From Rotaria socialis (lineage: Eukaryota): a stretch of 63,679 nucleotides of DNA. Where the stretch lies: assembly GCA_905331295.1 (NCBI GenBank), contig CAJNYD010000052.1, forward strand, positions 62,001-125,679. Direction: 5' to 3'. The notes below the pieces were generated by a model that saw nothing but the letters and a program-made list of their open reading frames with translations, was not told the DNA's origin and did no database searches. The translations under genes and the position numbers were made by a program. Shown in pieces: positions 52,860 to 63,679 of the stretch. Position 1 is the stretch's first letter, and the number at the start of each line of letters is the position of its first letter.

Positions 52860-55800
52860 TTAGGATGATGACCGAGAATATACACGTCTGATATTGTTTG
52901 AATGCACTTGAAATTGTTGTAAATGTTCATCTTCAACTATAAATGATACTGGTGAGAGAATTCGAATGATTCGAGCAGGACCAGTGTATCGAGCTTTAAG
53001 TTTATGTCGTCCAACGAAAATTTTCATCCATACAAGGTCACCTAGAACGAAAGTCGGGTGCGACCGATTTTTATCAAAACGAATTTTTGATAGTTCTTGT
53101 TGATGCATAATGTGTTGTTTTGCTTGTTTTAAAGCTGTATTTCTATATTGTATCACTTGGGCCCAATAATCATGTGGTTTACTGAAAACGAATGTAGTTG
53201 CAGGAGGGCTAAATGGGTGACGTTGTCGTCGTCCGAATGCTAATTGATATGGGCTAATTCCAGTTGAGCTATGTATCCCATTATTGTAAGCATAAACGAT
53301 AGATGGTAAAATAGTGTCCCAATTGTTTAGATCAGTGTTGCAATATTTGGCGATTTGTGTGACAAATGTCGAATTCCATGGTTCAGTTTGTTCATTTGTT
53401 TGTGGATGATATGGTGTCGAAAAAATGTGTTTACAACCTATTAAATTTGAAATAGCTTGCAACAGTTCGTTCTTGAAGTGTGTTCCTTGATCAGTAATAA
53501 TTGTCAGGTGAGCCATGAACTAAGATAATTTCTTCCATTAATATACGAGCAGTATCCTGAGCTGTATTTGTAGGTGAGGCTTTAGCAACAACATAACCAG
53601 ATAAGCGATCAGTTATAACTAAGACATATCGATTTCCAGAAAGCGAAGTGGTGGTGGGTCCCCACCAATCCATACCTAGTACTTGAAAAACTTCATTAGG
53701 TGGCTGAATAGGCTGTAAAAATCCTGGAGGTTTATGCCGATCCACATGGAATTGTGAGCATTTATCACATGATTTGATATGAGATGTGATTGTTTCTTTC
53801 ATACGTGGCCAATAATATGTGTTTCGTAACATAGACCATGTACGTCCAGTACCAAAATGACCACTTAATGGATGATCATGATAAGCGGCCATTATTTCTG
53901 GAATTAATTTCGAAGGTGCATAAACAAGTTTAATAGTAGCATCATTGCGATAAGCTAATTTATATAAAATGCCTTGTTGAATAGTAAACGATTCATAACG
54001 ACGATTATTTCGAATTTGCTGAAGTATTTGTTGAATAATTACGTCCTGTGCTTGTTCGGAACGTATACGTGATAAACTAAAATCATGTAATGGAGTAGCC
54101 ATCGGTGGAGAAGAACACCTAGATTGAGATATTGTTGATGTAGATGATGTATTTGCTGAAGATGAACGTGGTTGAGCTTGAAGTTTTGATTGTGCTCTTG
54201 TTGTAACGGCATTAATTTGTGCATTGATACTCGCATTATGAATACAAGTGTGTTTTAAAATAGATGGTTCAGTGTATTGTATACACTGTGGCTTGGGTAC
54301 GTGTTCATCCCAATGTTCAGTACCAATTGGCCGATCAGCATGTGTTACATTTATTGTAGATGGATTAATATTGGGAGATGTTGATGGTGGAAAATGTCGT
54401 GAAATATAATCAGCAGCTGCATTATGTGCACCTGGTCGATGCTTAACGGCAATAATTTGTGGTAAAATATCTTGTAATTTAAAAAGCCAATTCATCACTC
54501 GTTTATTATTGATTTGTTTCTTATGGAAATTTTCAAGTGGTTTATGATCAGTTTCGACAATAAAATCAGAATCACCTATATATGATCGAAGCTCAGATAT
54601 GCACCAAAAAATAGCTAGTGCTTCTTGTTCAATTGTATCATATTTACGTTCAGTATCATCTAAAACACGTGATTTAAAATAATTAATTTTGGTACCACTC
54701 GGTGTATCTTGTCGTAAAATTCCACCTATGCCAATACCCGAGGCATCAGTTGTTAAAACAAATGGAGTTGATGAATCTGGATATTCTAAAAATAAAGGAT
54801 ATGTTGTTAAAATACGTTTAAATTCATCAAATGAATGTTGTTGATCAGGTCCCCATTTAAATTCATGTCGATGATGTTTTGTTTTATTCGTAACTTTGTG
54901 TAATGGTGCAGCTATATGCGCAAAATTAGGAATAAACTTTCGATACCAATTGATTTTTCCTAAAAATTCATTTGCTTCTTTGAGTGTGTGTGGAGCTGGT
55001 AAATCGATAATAGCTTTAATTTTATCACCATTAGGTTTAATTCCTTGTTCATTGATTGTATGACTTAAAAACTCGATTTCTTGAACAGCAACGGAACATT
55101 TATCAGGATTCACTTGGAAGTTGGCTTTAGCTAATATTGATAAAATTTCATTTAAATGTTGCTGATGTTCATTGAGACTACGTGAAAATATTAGGATATC
55201 ATCTAAATAAACCATAACATAATCCCAGCGGCCATAACCAAGAAGATTATGCATAGTTCTTTGAAACGTTGGGGGTCCATTCATGATACCTTGTGGAAGA
55301 ACGTTGAACTCCCATAAACCATCTTGCGTGATAAAAGCTGTTTTTTCTTTTTCTGTTTCGTGTATTGGAAGCTGAAAGTAACCTGATTTAAGATCTAATT
55401 TTGTATAAAAACGATGACCGCCTAATCGATGCAATAATTCTTCAGTTGTTGGTTGAGGAAAACAATCTTTTTTGGTCACCGAATTTAATTTTCTATAATC
55501 CACTAAAAATCTAATACCACCATCCTTTTTCTTGTGAATAATAACTGGAGACGACCAAGGTGAATTTGATGGACGAATTTGATTAGTCTGTGTCATTTTT
55601 TGGATTTCAGCTTGAAGTTCACGTCTTTGTTCGATTGTTCTTGGATATGGTCGTGAACTAATCGGAAGGCTATCACCGGTGTTAATAGTGTGTTGAATAT
55701 GCGTGTTCGCTTGTGTAACTTGCGAAATATCAAAAATTTTCATGTGCTGTTGCAATATTGAACGTAATTTTTGTTTATGTTGAACATTTTTAATATGAGT

Positions 55801-56832
55801 AATTAATTTATCAATTGTATGGGATGTTGCAGAAGGCTTTTGTTCGAGGTCAATTGCATTAAGAATATGACGTTGAGATGATAACGACGAGTATTCGCGA
55901 GATGTATCGGATAATAAACATGAATGCATTTGATACGGTATGTGTGTTATTCTACCTAGAAGAGTATTCATTGGTAATGTATATGTATAATCATGAGGAT
56001 TATATACTTCTAAATATGTAGTATAATTATTTATGTGTAACAACGATGGTGACATGACACTAGATTTTTTTGATTGTATAGCATCGACAGGCGAGAAGTA
56101 GACCGTATCAGCTGATGATAATTCTACTTTGGCTTGAACAGTATATGATTCGCGTGGAGGTATATGAATAACATTAATTGATTTGACATCTAAAGTTAAA
56201 CACTCAATGCTTTTGTGATATGAAATAAATGTACGACCACGTGAAGAACGTATAGACACTTGATTTTTTTCATAATCAATTTTTGCTGCATTTTTTGTAC
56301 ACCAATCACTGCCAAGTATAAAATCTGTATTCATTGTTTTGACGACGAGAACATTTAAAGGTATAAAAACTTTATTAAATTGCAATAATAGTTGAACTTC
56401 ACCCACTATTTTAAGCATAGTTTGACCATCACCTAATTGAGCTATGCAATCACATGATGGGACTACTGAATGATATAATGTGCTCAATGCCCGTTGAGTA
56501 ATAAATGAATGTGTTGCGCCAGTATCAATCATGGCACGTAGACGTGATCCATTGACGAGAGTATTGATAAAAATTAATGACGGGTTGGATTTTTTAATAT
56601 TTTGATTTACGGCATGATGTTGTTCGATGGATTTAACGAGATCTGGTCGAGAGTTGTTAATTGTTGGATATTTTAGCATGTTGTGATTGATATAAGAACG
56701 AGAAAACGGAACGAAGCGATGATATATATTTGGTTTTTGTACAGAATAAGTATTATGTATTGATGAATAAAATACTGATGGTCGCGATGGGTGGGAGTCA
56801 CTACCATCATTTGACCCCCTTAATAGTTTTTT
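52860..56832 (-). CDS. pol: Pol (protease DTG, RT YLDD, RNase H, integrase), with a frameshift lesion near 53505
   Basis: Motifs MIDTGAT, LDLKSGYFQ, YLDDILIF, TDASG, HDHPLSGH..CDKC and TDQGTHF. Integrase is split between ORFs 53491..56679 and 52860..53516. Confidence 0.93.
56786..56832 (-). promoter_or_regulatory. -1 programmed ribosomal frameshift signal (A AAA AAC + predicted H-type pseudoknot)
   Basis: Slippery heptamer in the gag frame, 6-nt spacer, stem 1 GGGGGTCA/TGACTCCC, stem 2 GATGG/CCATC; the -1 frame is open into pol. Confidence 0.85.
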
Positions 56833-57791
56833 GCAGATCTACAATCACGAGCAAAATGACCCACCTTCTGACATAGATAACATCGTAAAGGACGTGATTG
56901 ATACCGTAATGCATTGAACGAAGATTGTGGAACTTGAGGTGGAGAACGTGACGACGATGGATCATGAAATCGATTGTACACTGGGCGCGGCGAATATACG
57001 TTTGCATAATAGCCTTTAGAATACATATTTGAGGAATTTTGGTAGTGAATGGCTCCAGCAGATTGTGGAGATCTATATACTGAGTTGTTTGAGTAATTTG
57101 TGGCTTGTGTATCATTATCATTGGTGTGTTGAGCAGCGGTAGTAACGAGACGATCCAAATTTTCTTCGTGACGTGCTTTGTCTAAAAATGCTGCCGGAGT
57201 TGCTGGAGCTTCACGTAATACGTCTTTCATTAAAGATGATTTTAATCCATGATATAAATGATCGAGTTTGGACGCATCAGTCATATGAGGGTCAACTAAT
57301 TTGCATAATTTCATAATATCTGTATAATATTCGATAACAGCTTCATCATGGCGTTGTTGACGAGTTCTTAAGCGGTTAGACGCTAATTGTTTTGATGATG
57401 GTGATGAAAATGTATGAAGAAATTGAGCTTTAAATCCACTCCAGGATTCGAACATTGTAATATTGTCATTAAACCATTGCTTCGGATGTCCTTCCAAAAA
57501 TGTGAATATTATTTTTAATCCTTGTGGTTCTGTAATATCAGCCATACGAAATGTAGCAGTTAAATCCTTCATCCATTCATCGGCGTCTTGATCTGGTTTA
57601 CCAGAAAATTTAGGTGTTTGTTCCAAAGTTTTACTTAAAAGTGTTGCGACGGTTTTCTCTGCCATGATTGATTCTGCTGGACGATAAACTATTGGAGCTA
57701 CTGTTGTACGATCAGCAAAAGTAATATCAATATCGGATAATCGTTGAAATTCAGCTTCAAGGAGTCGTTTTGCACCTTGTCGTTTTAACAC
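56820..57791 (-). CDS. gag: Gag with CCHC zinc knuckle
   Basis: Motifs PKFSGKPDQDADEW, Q..EAVIEYY and CYLCQKVGHFARDC. Confidence 0.93.
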   Translation of the reverse strand: MLKRQGAKRLLEAEFQRLSDIDITFADRTTVAPIVYRPAESIMAEKTVATLLSKTLEQTPKFSGKPDQDADEWMKDLTATFRMADITEPQGLKIIFTFLEGHPKQWFNDNITMFESWSGFKAQFLHTFSSPSSKQLASNRLRTRQQRHDEAVIEYYTDIMKLCKLVDPHMTDASKLDHLYHGLKSSLMKDVLREAPATPAAFLDKARHEENLDRLVTTAAQHTNDNDTQATNYSNNSVYRSPQSAGAIHYQNSSNMYSKGYYANVYSPRPVYNRFHDPSSSRSPPQVPQSSFNALRYQSRPLRCYLCQKVGHFARDCRSAKNY

Positions 57792-58451
57792 ACACTAATT
57801 ATATGAATAATAATCAACCCCGGCTTGTGCACCAAATTGTTAGGTCCGTCGCCTTCGTTTATTTCTTTCAATCCTTCCTTTATACAAAAAACAAAAAACA
57901 CAACTAAATTCAAAAACAAAAAGCAACAAAATATGTGCTTTTTCTTTCTCTCTCTCTTCCACCAGTCGGTTCTATCTCATAACTATGATAGAGGGATAAA
58001 GATGGCCGTCTTATGTCAGGAGATGTCTCTACTGACATAACAAAAATGACATCTTTTCTCAAAATCTATCTATCAATGGATTCAGTAAAAAGTTTTACAT
58101 GAATAGTCTCTATAAGTACCTAGACTAAAATTAATGTTTAGACAACGAAGTTTTCATAGCATGGTTTATTCAATTTTGAAAATTTCTAGGTCTTGGTCTT
58201 GAACTACTGAAAGAGAAAATATGTATGTTTTCTCCAAATGTTGTCATTCAATTACGAAATACGTTAGTTTCACATCAAGATCGCAATAAAATGCCTGATT
58301 TGACACTTGAGTGGTTATTACGACAACCGGTTTTTGCACCATATAGAGTAAGCATATTATTAAACTATTAGTCTGTTTTATTTCTTAGTATATTCTACTT
58401 AGGATAAAATAAAAATGAATAATAAACGACAACAAGATTATGATGGTCAAT

Positions 58452-58517
58452 TGAGTTATGAATATATTAAAGTACAATCTGCAGCAGTATCAGATCCAAT
58501 TCATAGGTAACAAACTT
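58452..58517 (+). repeat. 66 bp NOL9 exon/intron segment repeated at 62525-62590 (after gap)
   Basis: tgagttatgaatatattaaa(g/a)tacaatctgcagcagtatcagatccaattcataggtaacaaactt, one mismatch. Confidence 0.93.
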
Positions 58518-58548
58518 GAGTGTGTGGGTGTGGGTGTGGGTGAGGTGG
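58518..58548 (+). repeat. Telomere-like tract, site E
   Basis: gagtgtgtgggtgtgggtgtgggtgaggtgg. Confidence 0.88.
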
Positions 58549-59510
58549 CCACGGTGTTCTCAAAACAGGCAACGTTACTAAAATAATTAGAAAGTCTTCT
58601 TCGTAAGTTCTAAACTACTTTTCGTTTATTATGCATGCCTAATTTATTTGCCCGAATCACTATTTTCCTCTAATATTAACATGATAATGCAATTAGTGCT
58701 AGTTTCAGCTTTACACTACAAAGTTCGGGCTGCTTTAAAAAAAACTTTTGTTCTTCAATTACAAAATTTTCGACCAATTTTCGTAGACCCGTCTTTAACC
58801 TCTGAATACAAGCTTGAATGTTAAAGTTCGATGACTCATAGTTTGTCCACCATGAAATTGTTATAAAGTCAATAATAAAAGTTTGATAAAGATTTCAATA
58901 ATACATATTTTGTGAAAATAAAACAAATTTTATTTTCACTTCACTAATAAATATTTTTATGTTAACAATAAATAATTTCAAAATAACTCAAATATTTTTT
59001 TACATTTGAATCATGAATATTTTACGAAAATAACAAATTTTCATTTAAATAACACAAATTTTCTTTGCATTTAAATCATAAAATTTGTAAAAATAATACG
59101 AATATTTTTTTTCACTCTACTAATAAATTATTTTCTTTTACTACCAAATATTTTTCATTTTACTAATAAATATTCTCAAAAAAAGCAAATTTGTTTTTCA
59201 TATCAATAATAAATATTTGTAAAAATAATGCAAATTTTATTTTTGATTGTAATAATAAATATTTTCAAAAACGACATAATTTATTTTTCACTTTAATAAT
59301 TAATATTTTTTCCGAAAAAAAACAAATTCTTTTATTTTCATTCAAAAAATAAATAAAAGAAGAAGAAGAGAAGAAACATATGCCGTAATTTTATATTTTA
59401 GCTTTTTTCTTTTCTTTGAAGCAAAAGAGTAAAATAAAATTTCTTTTTTTTGCTCATTTATTTCAAAGTATAGAAAAAGAAACGAACAAAGAAAAAACAA
59501 TTCACAAGTC

Positions 59511-60419
59511 TTACTCGATAGAAAATCGTTGAACACGATTATTAATCTCATCGACGACATAGAGATTACCATGTCGATCGAAAGACAAACCCCAGGGGTA
59601 GTTGAACTGATTTGCTCCTGCTCCATAACCATTTCCACCCACAACTACAGTGCCTTGTTTTTTGTCTCCTTGAGTCCAACGCATTACACGATTATTGAAC
59701 GAGTCTGCTATATAGAGTGTACCCAACGTATCAACGAAGATTCCTTGAGGATAATACAATTGTGTCAGAGCATTCCCTTCACCTTGTCCTCCAGCGACCA
59801 CAGTACCTTCTTTTGCACCTTTATTCCATTTCATTACACGATGATTGTTGTCGTCTGATACGTAGACACTCTGTTGTCGATCGACAAAGAGATATTTCGG
59901 CACATTGAGTTGATTAAGACCATCACCTTTACCATTACCACCAGCTACGAGAGTGCCATTCTTCTCACCCATTTGATATCGTCTTACTTCATCTTTTACG
60001 TTATCAGAAACGTAGAGATGTCTCTGCTCATCCATAGCTAATCCCCAACAGGCGATGTTGTCCATGAGTATTTCACCTTGTGTTGTACCACTACGACGAG
60101 ACCATCGTACAACTCGGCTGCCTTCACAAATAATGAGATTATCCGTCTCTTTGTCAATTAATACATCAGTTGGACGATTCAATTGATGTAATCCATTTCC
60201 TTCGCCATTACCACCAGCAACAACTTGTCCATTCGTTGTATCACCGTTCTTCCATTGCATGATACGATGATTCAAGTTGTCAGCAATAACCACTGTTTGA
60301 TCATCATCAACGAAGAGACCATGAGGCCAGTTGAGTTGATTAGTGGCACCCCCATACCCGCTACCTCCAGCAATAGTCACTCCGTTCTGTGCCCATTTAG
60401 CATTAGCAGGAATATTAAC
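59511..60419 (-). CDS. NHL-repeat six-bladed propeller, terminal exon; upstream exon not found
   Basis: NIPANAKWAQNGVTIAGG, then repeated VVAGGNG.G....QLN.P.GLFVD and NHRVMKW; splice acceptor at ~60420. Confidence 0.88.
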   Translation of the reverse strand, partial: VNIPANAKWAQNGVTIAGGSGYGGATNQLNWPHGLFVDDDQTVVIADNLNHRIMQWKNGDTTNGQVVAGGNGEGNGLHQLNRPTDVLIDKETDNLIICEGSRVVRWSRRSGTTQGEILMDNIACWGLAMDEQRHLYVSDNVKDEVRRYQMGEKNGTLVAGGNGKGDGLNQLNVPKYLFVDRQQSVYVSDDNNHRVMKWNKGAKEGTVVAGGQGEGNALTQLYYPQGIFVDTLGTLYIADSFNNRVMRWTQGDKKQGTVVVGGNGYGAGANQFNYPWGLSFDRHGNLYVVDEINNRVQRFSIE

Positions 60420-61299
60420 TAGAAGAGAAAGAGTAAGAATAAAAGGAGATATTTCTCTTTCTCGAGTATAGCTAGTATATTAAATAATTTCGAAAGTATC
60501 GAGTAAAATTCTTTGAATAGATCATTCTTTTTTCTAGAAATTCCTCAGAATAAGTTTTTTCTATATACTGGAAGATTATTCTATAGAAACAATATAGCAT
60601 ATCGTTCTCTCTGAAGCGTATTTAAATTCTATATTTTTGTAGAAAATCAAACTTAAATAATTACGTCTTGCTAACCCAAGCAGACATTAAAAAGCCATCC
60701 AATCGGAGTTTCAAGTGATGAACTCTATTTATTTTTTCTTTTGAGAAAATTATATAAGAGTGATGTTTGCAAATTAGAACATATCTAATATTAAAAAGCG
60801 ATCAAAATGAAGAACGAATATTGCATTATGAACGTATGTCAAAAATATTAAAATTATTTGTTAAATGAACGTGTCAATTTTGTATCTGCAGACACATAAT
60901 ATACACTGTAATTTGTCTTTTTTTAAATTCTATAAATTGGAAAATTCACAACAAATTATTTGAAAATGAGAAAAGGGGATTTTATTTCCTCCAAGATTGT
61001 CGAAACAAAAACCGTCAATTAGTCATTGTTCTGTCTTAGCATATAAGTCAGCAGGTATAATGTTAAACCTTCATTATATTTTCTTCAACTCGCTATTAGG
61101 GGTTGTTAAATCTTTCTTTTTCCATTTTATTTTTTGGCTATCATTTAAGCGATCAGTAGAATAAACGAATGATCAGTACGTTATTTGTGTGGTCAGTTAT
61201 TAGTATACTTCGATTTATTGATATATTATTTAATAAATGTGGAAACTTCGGATTTCATCCGAGAGTTATGTGTACTACAAAAAGTGCATGGGACATATG

Positions 61300-61745
61300 A
61301 GCCATTCTTGAATGTTTGAACACCAAAATTATCATGAGAAACTAGGCAATTTGATTTCTGGATACAGTTTTTTGTTCATTTTGAGACGTTTTTCAGGCGA
61401 TTTTTTGTTAGAAAGCTACGATTTAGTTCAAAACTAATATCAGATTCGGAATCAGCGTTAAAAGCTGAGTCGATTTATATCTGTTGTGAATAATTCTGAG
61501 AAAGATTTATTTTTTGAAAAAAATTCCCTGTACTCCTCCTCAGGGATGGTCTAGTCAAAAATGACAATTTTTTCGATGACTCAATCATTTCTTGAGGGAT
61601 TCTTCTCATCTTCGAACTCGACCGAGATATTGATGAGACAATTCTGTGCACAAAATTTCAGTTCAATCGAATGTAATTGTGAAGAGTTATCGAATAAACG
61701 GCCGGACACACTGACCGATTTTAGTAGTGTACTCACTTTTTGAGT
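61300..61745. repeat. Probable non-autonomous DNA transposon remnant
   Basis: Contains tcagattcggaatcagcg and aaatttcagttcaatcg motifs of the kind seen in TIR-element subtermini; boundaries not resolved. Confidence 0.35.
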
Positions 61746-62040
61746 ACACAAAAGTCAGTAAATTAGATTAAAGGATCAGTATAAAAATTGAAATGTGTTA
61801 TAAAGTGATTTACTTTTTTTTCATGTTTGTTCTTTTGGTCTCTATATATCGTACAGCTGATATAAGTACAACATATATAAATGTACTCGTAAGCTCCTTT
61901 CGTTCTCATTCAGCTTAGTCTCAACAAATAAAAAAGATGGAAGTTGTACAAGTTGCTCAATATGAAAGTGATATATCAGAAAAAGAGGTTCTGGAAGGAA
62001 ATGATGGAATAAATGGAAATCAAAGAATTCAAAAAAATGA

Positions 62041-62081
62041 TGTGGGGTAGTGTAGATGAGCAGAAGAATCACACCCACACC
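62041..62081. repeat. Short head-to-head telomere-like repeats, site F
   Basis: tgtggggtagtgtagatgag ... cacacccacacc. Confidence 0.6.
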
Positions 62082-63679
62082 AAAATTTCTATGTTTTACT
62101 CATCATTTCATTTATTTTACTGATCAAATATAATGTTTACTTATTTTTTTACTGCTTATTTTATGTTAACCATTGTTCTATTTTAGCTTTCATTTTATTT
62201 GTTTATGTTGTATTTGATTTTATTTCTATCATCAAGTATAAATGTTTCGCGATGACGAGAAAATCAAATATTCGATTTTCTAGTTTTTAGAATATATTCC
62301 AATTGCTCTATTGCATCTAACATTCTAGGGATGCATCTATATGAATTCACTCTCGATTTTCTAATTAAAAAATCGAATTTCATATTTTTAATGTTTTGAA
62401 TATCATATTTTTAAGAATTTAGAANNNNNNNNNNNNNNNNNNNNNNNNNNNNNNNNNNNNNNNNNNNNNNNNNNNNNNNNNNNNNNNNNNNNNNNNNNNN
62501 NNNNNNNNNNNNNNNNNNNNNNNNTGAGTTATGAATATATTAAAATACAATCTGCAGCAGTATCAGATCCAATTCATAGGTAACAAACTTATTAATTTTA
62601 TGAAAAAACCTTCTGGACATGAATATTTTAGTCATAGACCAAAATTATACGGACGCGATCATCGACTTCTTGCGACTTGGTCATACTTTTTCACTTCACC
62701 AGATCTTTCATCTATTCATCTTCCATGGTCACAACTTCTTCACGTATTTCTACTTAATAAAACGAATAAGTATTCGGATGTAATACCTAATACTCTTGAA
62801 CGTTCAATTGTTGCTCTGTGTTCAAGTGAAAAATTTGATCAAGTAATATAAAAGCTATTTTTATTATCAAATTATATCCGTTGAATTTCAGTTACAAAAA
62901 TCGGCAATGAATGTCAATGGAATATATCGGTTATTGAATTATGAAGATGAACTATTCGATTGTTTAGGTTTTGGTAAGTCAATAACAATCTTGTTTTGTT
63001 GTTATTTTCGATCGGTTTTGTTTCTTTTAAGGTTGGGTCGAACATTGTAGCAATGACACACAGACTTATGAAATTTATACTCCAGTTAAATCTCTTTCCA
63101 ATATCAACCTTTTGGCTTGCGGTGTTTTTGATACACCCGATGAGTTTCAATACATGTTCAATCGTGAGAAACTAAAATAAATTATCTGATACTTTTTGTT
63201 ATGAAAATAAGCAAACAATTAACATGAGTTTTTATTTATTGCCTTAACCATATTATTCGCAAACAGCATATTTTTCTGATCAATTTTAACACGATTTAGA
63301 ATAAGATCGATTGCATTTATTTTTTTCAAATTTATAACATATTTATTTATTACAAATAATTTTCAACTCTGTTGCAACTTTTAGTATGGTCGAAGAATCT
63401 ACTCTATTAGCTCTAGACTAATTGATATATTGATATTTCACTTTCATCTTAATGTTTAGTTTTTTGGCTACAGCTTGATTGCGGACATTTTATTCCTCCA
63501 ATTAAGAGAAAACGTCCGCAAAGTAGAAACCGAGGGAGAGAAACAAAAATAGTCGCAGAGTGGAAAATGTCCACAAAGCAGAATCGGGGCGAGAGGAGAG
63601 AAAAAAATGTCAGCATTATGGAATCAAGACAAGATTTATTAGGTGAAAAAAAATACAGAAAAATTATTTATGAAGAATA

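Larger units (their letters stand above)
52513..58042 (-). mobile_element. Ty3/Gypsy LTR retrotransposon with 205 bp LTRs
   Basis: LTRs at 52513-52717 and 57838-58042 (TG..CA; 3 substitutions counted by eye). PBS TGGTGCACAAGCCGGG follows the 5' LTR and PPT GGAGGGGGGAAG precedes the 3' LTR. Domain order is gag-PR-RT-RH-IN. Confidence 0.97.
42662..63180 (+). pseudogene. NOL9: Polynucleotide 5'-hydroxyl kinase NOL9/Grc3 (Clp1 family), frameshifted 5' exons, introns expanded by insertions
   Basis: P-loop CGEKDMGKS and FDCDIGQCEF are present. VVNTMGWVT|G (intron from 44564) resumes as GLGLELL at 58190. Later exons read RLLATWSYF, SIVALC, DCLGFG and YEIYTPV..INLL, with TAA at 63178-63180. Confidence 0.85.

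Noticed and set aside
58900..59500. Extremely AT-rich tract with aataaatattt repeats
   Set aside because: Low complexity with no defined period or termini.

Overview
AT-rich eukaryotic genomic DNA with short (~50-60 nt) GT-AG introns and two 100-N scaffold gaps (45106-45205, 62425-62524). The gene families, the TGTGGG repeats and the non-metazoan-type glycoside hydrolases point to a bdelloid rotifer (Rotaria/Adineta-like); this is inferred, not confirmed. Apparently intact genes: FAH, a Ly6/three-finger GPI protein, GH125, NDP kinase, an F-box gene, a 6-Cys secreted peptide, GH43, a TMEM272-like gene and ETHE1. Decayed genes: an LDLa/EGF receptor-family gene with a fold-back duplication, F-box fragments, a zinc-finger/coiled-coil gene and a DNA transposase. 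A NOL9/Grc3 kinase gene spans ~20 kb; its introns hold a Helitron (with OTU, F-box and UIM-like cargo), a Ty3/Gypsy element with a -1 frameshift pseudoknot, and an NHL-repeat exon. The most unusual signal is six short telomere-like (TGTGGG)n tracts, five paired with an inverted (CCCACA)n tract. Three lie at visible gene breakpoints, suggesting double-strand-break repair scars made by telomere-repeat addition followed by end fusion.
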